From positions 6,084-70,083 of the forward strand of contig JACQIO010000016.1 of NCBI GenBank assembly GCA_016198415.1: a stretch of 64,000 nt of DNA, read 5' to 3'. Shown here piece by piece: positions 36,547-46,037 of this stretch. This DNA comes from Candidatus Berkelbacteria bacterium (lineage in GTDB: Bacteria; Patescibacteriota; UBA1384; JACPKC01). A program made the position numbers and the translations under genes. The notes below the pieces were generated by a model that was given only the letters and a program-made list of their open reading frames with translations, had not been told where the DNA came from and ran no database searches. Positions within the stretch are counted from its first letter, which is position 1. Each line of letters opens with the position of its first letter.

Positions 36547-37578
36547 TTACCGTGGCTGAATCGATTCGAGGATTCGCTGGAAGAGGCCTCGGCTCCCGGC
36601 GCTCTCGCGAAGCTCAAGGGCTCGCGCCGCTTGGTCGCCTGGCAGCGTCATGAAGCCTTTGAGTTCGCCCTCAGTCGTCATGAACGCTCTGAGTCCTCCC
36701 GCTTCCTTGATGAGCTCACACCGTTGGCCGTTGCAGGTATTGTTCGCCTCATCAAAGGTGGTGATGGGGGTGATGGTGAACGAGAGTCGCTCCACAAAGT
36801 AGTACCGACCATCCTCGGCCAGGGTTGGGTGGCCATAAGCCTTGGGATAAGCAAGCTTGATCCCGTGCTCGCCGAGTGACACGGTCTGCCACGTCTCGTA
36901 ACTGGGAGCATCTGGAAAGCCCAAGCTGGCGAGGATGGTGTCCCTGGAATTTTGGAGTGCTCCACCGACACAGAACCGAAACGTCAGTACGACGCTCACG
37001 TTCCCGTTCGGCCGTGGCACCAAGTAGGCTTCCCGGCGGCACCCGTCCTCGTCCGGGAGTTGGACGGTGGCGTAGAGTCGCTCGCCAATCCGGACCACCT
37101 CAAACGTATCCATCCGTGCGCCGCGTTCCTCAAAGGCTCGGTAGGCCTGTGAGGCCAGGCGGAGGTAGTCGATCAGCTGGAAGGCGAAGGCGTCGTTCCC
37201 AAGAGTGAAGACAACTCGGCTGCTCGTAGTGTCAAAGCGAACCGGCATAGCGGGCGGATACCGAAGGGCGACGTCCGAGGACGTTTCCCAGTATGTTTTC
37301 CAATCCTGGGAGGGCGGTGCGACGTCCCGCGTCTGCACGTCCTGCTCGGCAAGTTTCTTGCCGGGGTTCTCGGCGGACTGCCACTGCCCTTCGCCCTGGG
37401 CTGCGGTATCGAGCTGGACGCCCAGCTGATCGGCTGGAACCAAGCCACGCAAGAGTCCAGTGGATCGGTTCGGATGAGTGACCTGCCAGAGCGCGAGGGC
37501 AGCGACGATGAGCACGCTCGCCGCCACCAGCAGACGTGCCGATGAACCCCGCTGCATGAGGTACGAGCGTGACTTCAT
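36547..37578 (-). CDS. Membrane-anchored hypothetical protein with two repeated extracellular domains
   Basis: N-terminal TM; WKTY..VALRYP and WQTV..IKLAYP repeats. Confidence 0.65.
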   Translation of the reverse strand: MKSRSYLMQRGSSARLLVAASVLIVAALALWQVTHPNRSTGLLRGLVPADQLGVQLDTAAQGEGQWQSAENPGKKLAEQDVQTRDVAPPSQDWKTYWETSSDVALRYPPAMPVRFDTTSSRVVFTLGNDAFAFQLIDYLRLASQAYRAFEERGARMDTFEVVRIGERLYATVQLPDEDGCRREAYLVPRPNGNVSVVLTFRFCVGGALQNSRDTILASLGFPDAPSYETWQTVSLGEHGIKLAYPKAYGHPTLAEDGRYYFVERLSFTITPITTFDEANNTCNGQRCELIKEAGGLRAFMTTEGELKGFMTLPGDQAARALELRESAGSRGLFQRILESIQPR

Positions 37579-37693
37579 TCCTGAACTCTAGCGAGCTTGG
37601 AGAAAAATGCAACGCTTCGAGACGGGTATCGCCTACTCGTTTTACGGACGTGCGACGTATCACGGGCTGACGGTTCTCGACCTCGAGCGACCG

Positions 37694-38356
37694 TCAATCC
37701 GTCACGAACGGCACAAAGACAAAGCCGGGATGGCGCTGCTCGTCGAACTCGCCTGTCTCTAGCTTCTCGAGCCGAATGATCTCAGAACCAACCGGCAGGA
37801 CAATTCGTCCACCAACCTCCACCTGCTCTTGCCACGCTGCGGGGACCGCGCTCGCGCTGGCGGCACCAATGATCCCATCAAAGGGCGCCTCATCGGGTAG
37901 GCCTGGCTCGGCGTTCTGACAGAGAATCTGACAGACCCCACGGTCAGCAAGTGAGTAACGACTGACGGTGTGCTCAGCCAGGTCTGCGAGCTCGGGAATG
38001 CGCTCGATCCCAATCACCCTCCCCCGCTTCCCATGCTGAGATACAATGTGTGACAGGAGTGCCGTTTGCCAGCCGGAGCCGCAGCCAACGTCCAGGATGG
38101 TGTTGCCCGGCTGAGGATCAAGCAGCTCGAGCATGAAGGCGACGGTATACGGCTGGGAGATGGTCTGGCCGTGGCCAATTGGTAGCGGCGTGTTCTCGTA
38201 GGCGCGATCACGAAGGCTGTCCGGGACAAAGTCAGCTCGATCAATCTCACGGAAGGCTCGAATGATCGAATCACTCTCTAGCACACCGGTCTCAACCAGC
38301 CCGTCGACGAGCTGGTCGTTCTGACTCAGCGTAGTCAACCTACGTTCGTAGTCCAT
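37694..38356 (-). CDS. pcm: Protein-L-isoaspartate O-methyltransferase
   Basis: GQTISQP, LDVGCGSGWQ and APFDGI. Confidence 0.9.
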   Translation of the reverse strand: MDYERRLTTLSQNDQLVDGLVETGVLESDSIIRAFREIDRADFVPDSLRDRAYENTPLPIGHGQTISQPYTVAFMLELLDPQPGNTILDVGCGSGWQTALLSHIVSQHGKRGRVIGIERIPELADLAEHTVSRYSLADRGVCQILCQNAEPGLPDEAPFDGIIGAASASAVPAAWQEQVEVGGRIVLPVGSEIIRLEKLETGEFDEQRHPGFVFVPFVTD

Positions 38357-39104
38357 AGCCGCGGCGGAATAGGAACTCGGTGAGTAAGCCCAGGACGAGG
38401 ACCGAGCCGATCACCATGACGTAGCCCACGGTTGCGTTGCCCTCGCTAAAGCCAATCATCGAATGACGAATGCCGTCAATGAAGTAGAAGAACGGGTTCC
38501 ACTGAGCGATCGCCCGGAGGCTCTCCGGGAGCATATCGAGCGTGTTGAAGACACCGCCCACAAAGCTGAGGGGTGTGATCACGAACGTGCCGAGAATGTT
38601 CAGCTGCTCAAAGCCCTTGGCCCAGAGGCCAACAATGATGCCCAGGAAGCCAAAGACAATCGAGACCGCCACGAGGTAGAAGAGGAAGAGCCAGAAGTGA
38701 CTGATGGTGGCAGCTGAGAAGAAGATGGCAATCACGTAGATCCCCACGCCTACGGTCAGTGAGCGGATGACAACGCCCACAATGAAACCTAAGATCATCT
38801 CCGCGTAAGAGAGTGGCGAGACGAGGATCTCCTCAATGTGCCGGGCAAAACGGGCAAAGTAGATGGAGCTGGAGCTCTGGCCAAAGGCCGCGCCAATCAC
38901 GCTCATCATAAGGACGCCGGGCAAGACAAAGTCGATGTAGGAGTGGCCGCCAATCTCACTGATCCGCTGGCCGACCACCTGGCCAAAGACAAAGATGTAG
39001 AGCAGCGCACTGATCCACGGGGTCACGAGCGTCTGGCCGGAGACGCGGAAGAAGCGCTCCACCTCGCGTCGCATAATGGTGTACAGGCCAATCCAGTTGC
39101 CCAT
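38340..39104 (-). CDS. ABC-2 type transporter permease (YadH-like)
   Basis: Six TM segments; YIDFVLPG and NPFFYFIDGIR. Confidence 0.85.
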   Translation of the reverse strand: MGNWIGLYTIMRREVERFFRVSGQTLVTPWISALLYIFVFGQVVGQRISEIGGHSYIDFVLPGVLMMSVIGAAFGQSSSSIYFARFARHIEEILVSPLSYAEMILGFIVGVVIRSLTVGVGIYVIAIFFSAATISHFWLFLFYLVAVSIVFGFLGIIVGLWAKGFEQLNILGTFVITPLSFVGGVFNTLDMLPESLRAIAQWNPFFYFIDGIRHSMIGFSEGNATVGYVMVIGSVLVLGLLTEFLFRRGYGLRT

Positions 39105-39865
39105 TACTTTTTCCCTACTTTCTCACGGTTCTTGGCGTCTCTCGTGAACTTGAGGTACGTGTCTTCCAGTCGGCCGCCCTTCGTCAGATTCTTCATGCTG
39201 TCATCGGCCACGATCGTGCCATCGACAATGATCACACACCGTTCGCACAGCTGCTGCACCTCCTCAAGGTAGTGTGAGGTGAAGAAGATCGTCTTCCCCT
39301 CTTTATTGAGCCCTCGAAGATACTCCCAGAGTTCCAGCCGGAGCTCCACGTCAACGCCAGCCGTTGGTTCGTCGAGGACGAGGAGTTGTGGGTCGTGCAT
39401 GAGGGCCCGGGCCAGAATCGCCCGGCGCTTGAGCCCGCCAGAGAGCTGACCGAATGGCTTCTGAGCGTGCTGCTCCAGTTCAAAGCGCTTCAAGAGCTCC
39501 TTGATGCGTTCGCCTCGATCGTACCCAGGCATGCCATAGTAGCCACCCATGTAATCGAGGATCTTCCAGAGCGGCGCAAAGATGTCCACGTTGAACTCTT
39601 GTGGCGAGAGCCCAATCTGCCGGCGCGCCTGGCGGTACTGGGACTGGACGTCATAGCCGTAGACCTCAATCGCCCCCTCTGTGAAGGTTGAGATGCCGGT
39701 CGTGCAGTGGATCGTGGTGGACTTGCCGGCGCCGTTCGGTCCCAGGAAGCCAAAGAACTGACCCTGCGGAATCGTCAGGGTGATGTTGTCCACCGCCAGT
39801 GTTTTCCCGTAGCGCTTGGTGAGATCGCGGATCGCCAGCGCCGGAGTGTTTGGGCTCGTCGTCAC
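39104..39865 (-). CDS. ABC transporter ATP-binding protein (YadG-like)
   Basis: GPNGAGKS, LSGG and LDEPT. Confidence 0.9.
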   Translation of the reverse strand: MTTSPNTPALAIRDLTKRYGKTLAVDNITLTIPQGQFFGFLGPNGAGKSTTIHCTTGISTFTEGAIEVYGYDVQSQYRQARRQIGLSPQEFNVDIFAPLWKILDYMGGYYGMPGYDRGERIKELLKRFELEQHAQKPFGQLSGGLKRRAILARALMHDPQLLVLDEPTAGVDVELRLELWEYLRGLNKEGKTIFFTSHYLEEVQQLCERCVIIVDGTIVADDSMKNLTKGGRLEDTYLKFTRDAKNREKVGKK

Positions 39866-40113
39866 CGGTCCTCCAGCTTGGCGAACCGTGGTCCCTGGTA
39901 GCCGTACTCCGGTTTGTCAACGTGCTCGACGAACATCTCGTACGGCCGGACGCAGAGGGGACGATCACCGTACTCGGCCTGGTAGACCACCATCGACTCG
40001 CCGGTTTCAGTGTGCCGGGCGACGCCCAAAACAGTGTACTCTTTTCCCTTGAAATGCCGATATCGACCAGCTGGAAGCGTCTTCACCTGGTCGATCGACG
40101 TGGCTTCGGTCAT
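39862..40113 (-). CDS. DUF1653 domain protein
   Basis: GRYRHFKG, VVYQAEYG and VRPYEMF. Confidence 0.85.
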   Translation of the reverse strand: MTEATSIDQVKTLPAGRYRHFKGKEYTVLGVARHTETGESMVVYQAEYGDRPLCVRPYEMFVEHVDKPEYGYQGPRFAKLEDR

Positions 40114-40670
40114 TCCTCCTCCTTGAACGTACCTTCTACGACGTGGTCCTCGGTGATGCCGTCGAGGCCCATGATCTCAGTTTCCTCGGTGATGACAACG
40201 CGGGTGAGGCCCCGAAGATCCTCGCTCGAGTTATAGGTGAGCCGGTATGTGTCATCGTCTGTGCGCTCAAGGCGACCGGTCGAGAGGACGCGCGAACCGT
40301 CAGTCAGCCACCCTTCGTAGAAGCGACCAGTTGCTGGACTTGGCAGCGAGGCAGTCACGGTATGATCAAAGCGTCCGTTGACGTACGTCCGAGTTGCACT
40401 CCCCGATCCTGTCCGTCCGGCCACGGGTGTGAGCGTAATGGTAGCGGCGTGGGTCTCCTGCCCGTTGGTCCGGAGATTGATGGTGGTCCGGTTCGTACTG
40501 GTACCGGCAGACGTAACAGCGGACGATGTGGTCGAGGTGCCCTCCGCTAACGGCACCGGGGTTGTATCTCTGTCACGCTGCGTTGGCAGGAGTTTCTGGT
40601 CCCAGGCGATCCAGCCGAGGAGCAGAATAGCAAGCACGATCCAGAGGTATACCCAGGGAGAACTTCTCAT
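40110..40670 (-). CDS. Membrane-anchored protein with an anti-sigma-K (RskA) C-terminal-like domain
   Basis: N-terminal TM; LPSP..GRFYEGWL and VVITEE. Confidence 0.55.
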   Translation of the reverse strand: MRSSPWVYLWIVLAILLLGWIAWDQKLLPTQRDRDTTPVPLAEGTSTTSSAVTSAGTSTNRTTINLRTNGQETHAATITLTPVAGRTGSGSATRTYVNGRFDHTVTASLPSPATGRFYEGWLTDGSRVLSTGRLERTDDDTYRLTYNSSEDLRGLTRVVITEETEIMGLDGITEDHVVEGTFKEEE

Positions 40671-40873
40671 GAAATGAGTCTAGTCCTCTTCCCCGGTATC
40701 GTCCATACATTATACGACCGTCTGATGTGTGAAGAGCGCTGCGTATAGGGTGACGTTCAGTGATCGTATCGTTCCAGCGACATGACTACAAAGCCTTGGT
40801 CGTGGATCTCGTCGGCGTTCCAGACGGGTAGGTCGCGGGTGTGGAGGACGTCGGAGATCCGCCGCATCGCGCG

Positions 40874-41335
40874 CTACGGTCGGTCTCGGTTCGCCAGGAT
40901 GATGAGGCCCACAATGACGAGGAGGAGCGGCCAGAGTTTCCCAAAGACGATCAGGCTGACCACGCCCAGGTTGCCAAGGAGAAAGACCACGCCCAGGAGA
41001 ATGAGGATCACTGCCCACCAGGTCTTGATCCCGGCTCGCTCGGCCATGGCCTCCAAATCCTCACCGAGCGCCTCGGCTCGCTCCCCAAGCTCTTCGGCGT
41101 TCGTCCTGACCACCTTCTCCACCGCCTTACTCCCATGGTAGGACTGGCTCGGCACGAGGATCCAGAGGATGAGGTAGAGGACGAGCCCTCCCCCGCCCCA
41201 GAGCGTCAGGAGGACAAAGAGAACGCGAACCAGTGTGGCATCAATATTGAGGTGCTCGGCAATGCCGCCGGCCACCCCGGCAATGACGCGGTCGGTCTCG
41301 GATCGGTAGAGACGCTGCTTGGTGGTCTTGGTCAT
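40874..41335 (-). CDS. PspC domain membrane protein
   Basis: LYRSETDRVIAGVAGGIAE; YLILWILVP. Confidence 0.85.
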   Translation of the reverse strand: MTKTTKQRLYRSETDRVIAGVAGGIAEHLNIDATLVRVLFVLLTLWGGGGLVLYLILWILVPSQSYHGSKAVEKVVRTNAEELGERAEALGEDLEAMAERAGIKTWWAVILILLGVVFLLGNLGVVSLIVFGKLWPLLLVIVGLIILANRDRP

Positions 41336-41353
41336 ACGCACTCAGTATACCAG

Positions 41354-41941
41354 CTACCGCTGGAGGAAATCGTCAAGCAACCGGACCTGCTCGGCAGTTG
41401 AGAGTGGCTGGAGGGTCCCCGCAGCCAGTCGCTGTCGGGTGGCCTCGGCCAGTGCCAGGGCTGCGGTCACCGAAACATTGAGACTCTGGACCAGCCCGCG
41501 CATGGGGATCATGGCCACCGCATCAGCCACCTCGAGAGCTCGTGTAGACAGGCCAGCCTTCTCGTTGCCCACCAGGAAGGCGAGCCGCGGACCCGTCAGA
41601 TCAAGCTCGTAGAGATCCTTGGCCTCGGCCGCCAGGGCGAGGGCAATCGTCTGATAGCCGTCTGACCTCAGTGTGTTGATCCCAGCATCAATTGACCGGT
41701 GGATTGAGAAGTCCAGCCAGCGGTTGGCGCTGGACGAGCTCGCCTTGCCCACCTGTCGGGGATTGAACGGCGCCTCTCGCGCAAACACACAGTGGACGCG
41801 TTGGACGCCCAAGGCATCGGCTGTGCGCAGGATCGCCGCGGCATTGTGCGGATCGTGCATGTCTTCCAGGAGCACCGTCAGGCCGGCCTGTCGCTGCTCG
41901 ACCACCCGACGGAGTCGCTGGTGCCGTGCCTCAGTCACCAT
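41354..41941 (-). CDS. TrmH/SpoU-family RNA 2'-O-methyltransferase
   Basis: DPHNAAAILRTADA, GNEKAGL and IPMRGLVQSLNVSV. Confidence 0.88.
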   Translation of the reverse strand: MVTEARHQRLRRVVEQRQAGLTVLLEDMHDPHNAAAILRTADALGVQRVHCVFAREAPFNPRQVGKASSSSANRWLDFSIHRSIDAGINTLRSDGYQTIALALAAEAKDLYELDLTGPRLAFLVGNEKAGLSTRALEVADAVAMIPMRGLVQSLNVSVTAALALAEATRQRLAAGTLQPLSTAEQVRLLDDFLQR

Positions 41942-42371
41942 GGCGGAGGGGTCGAAGTGGTGAGGCGAGCGTGACCGCCACGAGTGAGAGCGTAATCCCG
42001 GCCGAGAGGAGGCAGTAGAGGCAGTAGGCGTTCAGGATGACGGCTTGTATGTAGAACAGGCCGAGCGTCGTGAGGCTTCCCAGCCCGACGAGGAGCCAGA
42101 GTCCTCGTCGTCGCATCTGAACCGTCAAGCGCGCTGATGGCAGCGTCACGAGGAAGACGGCCAGGTAGTAGAACGCGCCTAGGAGTGCGATGGGAATCGG
42201 TCCCAGTGTGGCGTACTCGCTCGTGAGCACCAGCTCACAGCCACCCACCGTGCAGGGCGGGATCGTCCCAAGGAAGTGCTCGACCGTCAGGTAGGTCGCA
42301 TCAGCCAGGCCCACGAGCGCGAGGCCGCGGACGATCAGCCAGGCCGAGGCGGCCGGTGTCTTACTGCCCAA
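41931..42371 (-). CDS. Vitamin K epoxide reductase family protein
   Basis: C..GGC..VLTSEYA and CLYC; follows the DsbA-like gene; start approximate. Confidence 0.85.
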   Translation of the reverse strand: MGSKTPAASAWLIVRGLALVGLADATYLTVEHFLGTIPPCTVGGCELVLTSEYATLGPIPIALLGAFYYLAVFLVTLPSARLTVQMRRRGLWLLVGLGSLTTLGLFYIQAVILNAYCLYCLLSAGITLSLVAVTLASPLRPLRHGD

Positions 42372-43005
42372 GTTCGGTGCGGACGAGCGTGCGGAGGGTG
42401 TCATAGCTGTTGGGGTTGTCGATCTTCTTCCCATTCAAGATGAAGGTGGGCGTGGCGGTCACTTGCGCAACGTTGCCGGACCGAACATCGGCCTGGACAG
42501 CCTCCTTGGTTTCCGGCCGGTCCAGGGTCTCCCGGAAGAGGGCGAGATCGAGCCCAAGGTCCTCGGCGTAGGTGGCGAAGACGTCCGTGGGATCGTCGAG
42601 CTCGGACCACTCAGGCTGGCGTTCGTAGAGAAGATCGTGCATGGGGAAGAACTTGCCCTGCTCCCCGGCGGCCTCGGCGGCATGTGCAGCGGCCCGCGCG
42701 TTGGAGTGAATGTTGTCCAGCGGAAAGTGTCGGTAGATCACGCGGAGTTCCTGGGGCGGAAACTCGGTCTTGAGTTGGCGCAGCAGTTCAAAGAAGAACC
42801 GGCAAGCCGGACACTGGAAGTCGCCGTACTCAATAAGGGTCACCCGCGCCGACTCGTTGCCGGTTGACCACTCGTCCGTTGCCACCTCGGCCACAGACTG
42901 AGGGATCGTCACAGGTGCAGTGACTTGCTTGGCGTCGAAGAACGCAATTCCCACCACCAAGCCGATGATGCCCAGCGCCGCTAACGTCCAACCCCAACTT
43001 CCCAT
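42361..43005 (-). CDS. DsbA/BdbD-like thioredoxin-fold oxidoreductase
   Basis: EYGDFQCPAC, RHFPL and TPTF. Confidence 0.88.
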   Translation of the reverse strand: MGSWGWTLAALGIIGLVVGIAFFDAKQVTAPVTIPQSVAEVATDEWSTGNESARVTLIEYGDFQCPACRFFFELLRQLKTEFPPQELRVIYRHFPLDNIHSNARAAAHAAEAAGEQGKFFPMHDLLYERQPEWSELDDPTDVFATYAEDLGLDLALFRETLDRPETKEAVQADVRSGNVAQVTATPTFILNGKKIDNPNSYDTLRTLVRTELGQ

Positions 43006-43022
43006 GACAACTCCTTCTCTCC

Positions 43023-43463
43023 TTAGGTCTGCTCGTACCGGCCCATCAGCTCGGCGTGGTTGACGATGTGACCTTCCATCGCTGCTTCGAGGTCGGCCTT
43101 CGCCGTGGAAGGCGGCAGCTCGAGGAGGGTATCGAGCGCGAACACCTTGAAGTAGTAGCGATGCTCGCGGTCGGGTGGACAGGGACCGTGGTAGCCGGTG
43201 GTCTTTGCACTCGTGGTGCCCTCAACCCCACCCCGCGGGACTGTCCCGGCCGGGATCTCGGTCAGTGTTGGGTCGAGATTCCAGACCAGCCAGTGGACCC
43301 AGAGGCCGACCGGCGCATCTGGATCGTCGACGATGAGCGCCAGGCTCTTGGTCCCGTCCGGCACGTCGGCAATCGCAAGCGGCGGACTGACATCGCCACC
43401 TTGGCAGGTGTATCGAGTCGGAATTGCACCACTCTGCTCAAAGGCAGGCGAAGTTAGCTTCAC
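43023..43463 (-). CDS. YbhB/YbcL (PEBP, Raf kinase inhibitor-like) protein
   Basis: LTSPAF, DPDAP, WVHW and GPCPP..HRY. Confidence 0.9.
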   Translation of the reverse strand: MKLTSPAFEQSGAIPTRYTCQGGDVSPPLAIADVPDGTKSLALIVDDPDAPVGLWVHWLVWNLDPTLTEIPAGTVPRGGVEGTTSAKTTGYHGPCPPDREHRYYFKVFALDTLLELPPSTAKADLEAAMEGHIVNHAELMGRYEQT

Positions 43464-43483
43464 GGCTCCAGCTCCGATCCCAG

Positions 43484-43543
43484 CATCTGTGTGATCTGTG
43501 TGCCCCGACAAATCTGCCGGGGCCTGTGCATCTGTGGTGTGAG
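43484..43543 (+). repeat. Dispersed ATCTGTG element, copy 3
   Basis: CATCTGTGTGATCTGTG-GCCCCG..CGGGGC-CTGTGCATCTGTGGTGTGAG. Confidence 0.7.
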
Positions 43544-43544
43544 A

Positions 43545-44105
43545 CTAATCTTTGGCTGCGTCAATCACCTCTTGGGCGCCGTCCACGGACGAGACGAGGA
43601 CGTCCTTGACCGCATCCACCGCCGTCCCGCCCACCTCGCCGGCGCCCTTCAAGGCACCGGTCACGGCGGACTTGGTGACCGCTCCCACATCGCCACCCAC
43701 CTCGCGCGTGGCGTCAATTAAACTCATGACGACGGCTTTGGCGGCCTCGGCGGTGTCTTCTCCAGTCTCCCCGGCTTCACTGACGGCCGTACTGGCCACT
43801 TCCCCAGCGGCCGTGGTCAGGTCGCCGCCTACCTGAGAGACGCCCTCAATGACGCCGCGGGCGACGCCGCGAATCCCATCGAGCGTGCTCGCACCAGCCT
43901 CAGCTGCACCCTCAATCGCCCCTCGGGTGACGTCGCTGACGACTGCCACGAGTTTCTCGGCCACATCGCCGGTCCCGCCTAGAGCGGTCTTGGTGGTATC
44001 GGCCACCGTCTGGGCGGCCGTGCCAGCCACGTCCCCGGCTGTCCCCAAGACGCCCATCAAGGCATCGTGTGCCTGTTTACCCAACTCTCCTAGTGGATGA
44101 GCCAT
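43545..44105 (-). CDS. Ala/Gly/Val-rich repetitive hypothetical protein
   Basis: SD GAGGA; repeated amphipathic segments (GAIEGAAEAG, GVIEGVSQVGG). Confidence 0.7.
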   Translation of the reverse strand: MAHPLGELGKQAHDALMGVLGTAGDVAGTAAQTVADTTKTALGGTGDVAEKLVAVVSDVTRGAIEGAAEAGASTLDGIRGVARGVIEGVSQVGGDLTTAAGEVASTAVSEAGETGEDTAEAAKAVVMSLIDATREVGGDVGAVTKSAVTGALKGAGEVGGTAVDAVKDVLVSSVDGAQEVIDAAKD

Positions 44106-44267
44106 CGTTCCTCCTCTCAGCTGATTTTCTCCACTCTAGCGCACGGTCTGCGTACCTCCAAGCCCAGTTGGACACAGCTTGACACCCCCTCAACCCTCCA
44201 GCTAGCCTCAACTCCAGAGCGTGCCGCTGGCACCTCAACATCTTGTGGAAGAACGGAGGTGAGCGCT

Positions 44268-45815
44268 GTGACGGAAGTCAACGGACTCACCAAGCTGGTC
44301 GGAGCATACCGACCCACCCGGATCGAACCCTTTCTCCTGAGATTCTTGCAACTAGCCGACGCGCAACCGTTGGTGGGAGAGATCGAGCTCGATGAACCAA
44401 CAACCATCAAGCCGCCCCGCGAGGAGTCGGTCTGTTGGTTTGAACACGAGGGCAGCGTGGCCCTGACCGTGACGGTCGAGATTGCGTCCGAGCGTCACAC
44501 CACTCACCAGGTGGCACGGCTCTACGCGGCGGGATCCAAGAAGCGCGGGATCGTCCTCCTTGGGCCACTCGAGCATCGGATGGTTGAGCTGGCTGCAGCT
44601 CACGGCGTCACCTACAGGGGCCGCCACCGACAGAGTCAAGATCGGAAGAGCGAGGCAGATCCCAAGGCGCTCAAGCGACTCGAGGACCTAATGCTTCGTC
44701 TCAGAGAAGAGGTCTCTGCCCTGGGGCCGGCAAACCTCGACCGCATCACCAAGGTGGTGAACGAGCTCGTCCGCAGGGTGGCCGCGCTCGAGAAAGTTGC
44801 CACTGAACCCCGCACCGACGAGGGTTCGAGCGGGCACAGTGAGCTCATCGAGCGGCTGGCCAGGAAAGTCGAAGGTCGCTCGGACGACACCGCTGCGCTC
44901 CAGAATCAGGTGGGCAGGCTGGCGGAGGAGCTCAATCGACAAGGGGCACTGCTCAGGGGGCAGCGCGCCCCGGAGGTCGAGATCAGTTCAAGCCCGACGG
45001 CCCTGGACCAGTTTGAGCGGGCCATCGATCGGCTCAGGACTGCCTCCCAGTGGCACGGGAACGAGCTGGGTCAACTCAAGGAGGCGCTGGAGCAGGGGCT
45101 GGGTGAGCTTTCGGCTCGGCTCCAAGTCTGCGAGGGGCAGCTGGTCGAGTGGTCGCCAAACGCCGCGGCAGAGCCCGAACCCAGCAACTGGCGGCTCGAG
45201 GTCGAGTTGGCGTTGGCTGGGCTCACGGCGCGGATCGACGCCCTGGTAGTGGATCGCAACGTCGCCGAAGATGACCTGCGCTCTCGGGTCGTGACCCTGG
45301 AGATCCGCTTGGCCGAACAGGCCGAGGCTTTCCAGATCCGACTTGCGGCGCTGGAAGCTCGGCAGGCTGACGCGACTTCCGAGGTGGAGGAACAGGAGGA
45401 TCAACAAGAAGAGGACGAAATCGACGAGGACGTCGATCCCCTTCACCTTGTCCTCTTCGCTGTCTACCGGTGCGCCGACGATCAGAGTATCACGACCAAC
45501 CGCCGGAACTGGGACCGGTGTCTGTGGCGCAAGCACCTTCTCCCCATTCCGGTCTCCCAGCTGGTCCGTGATCTCCGGGAACGGTTGCGGAGCTGGAACG
45601 GCAAGCCGGTCACGGAAGCGGTTGCCGAACAGCTCTACGACTACCTCCCCCAGAAAGTCCGGCGCTACGCCAAGCGCCAGGCTGTCCTAACCGTGGCGCG
45701 CTGTATCGTCGATGGCTTCTTTGCCCGCGGCTTGGGCAAGGATGGCCGGCTCACGTTGGACGACGAGGACGCGGTTGCGGCGTTCACGGCCACGCTCGTC
45801 ACCCTCGACGACTAG
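44268..45815 (+). CDS. Coiled-coil hypothetical protein
   Basis: Promoter TTGACA-18nt-TAGCCT at 44179; SD GGAGGT then GTG; heptad-rich central part. Confidence 0.7.
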   Translation: MTEVNGLTKLVGAYRPTRIEPFLLRFLQLADAQPLVGEIELDEPTTIKPPREESVCWFEHEGSVALTVTVEIASERHTTHQVARLYAAGSKKRGIVLLGPLEHRMVELAAAHGVTYRGRHRQSQDRKSEADPKALKRLEDLMLRLREEVSALGPANLDRITKVVNELVRRVAALEKVATEPRTDEGSSGHSELIERLARKVEGRSDDTAALQNQVGRLAEELNRQGALLRGQRAPEVEISSSPTALDQFERAIDRLRTASQWHGNELGQLKEALEQGLGELSARLQVCEGQLVEWSPNAAAEPEPSNWRLEVELALAGLTARIDALVVDRNVAEDDLRSRVVTLEIRLAEQAEAFQIRLAALEARQADATSEVEEQEDQQEEDEIDEDVDPLHLVLFAVYRCADDQSITTNRRNWDRCLWRKHLLPIPVSQLVRDLRERLRSWNGKPVTEAVAEQLYDYLPQKVRRYAKRQAVLTVARCIVDGFFARGLGKDGRLTLDDEDAVAAFTATLVTLDD

Positions 45816-45987
45816 TCACAGAGGCAGTCGTCACCCAGGCCCCGGTATCACGCCGGGGTCTCATCATGTCCGCACATCCCCTACAGACGTGTCATTCATG
45901 AAATTTCGGGGAACACGTCTGATGGAACACTGGTGGGACACCGACAAGCCCGCTCCCGCTTCTCGAAGTGTTGAAGCCCCCCCATCC

Positions 45988-46029
45988 ACCCTTATACTAC
46001 CATGCTATATAGCATGGTAGTATAAGGGT
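45988..46029. repeat. Perfect 42-bp loopless palindrome
   Basis: ACCCTTATACTACCATGCTAT|ATAGCATGGTAGTATAAGGGT. Confidence 0.9.
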
Positions 46030-46037
46030 CTATACGC

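Noticed and set aside
40757-40867. 36-aa minus-strand ORF after the PspC gene
   Set aside because: Protein-like composition but no clear SD or motif, so it cannot be supported
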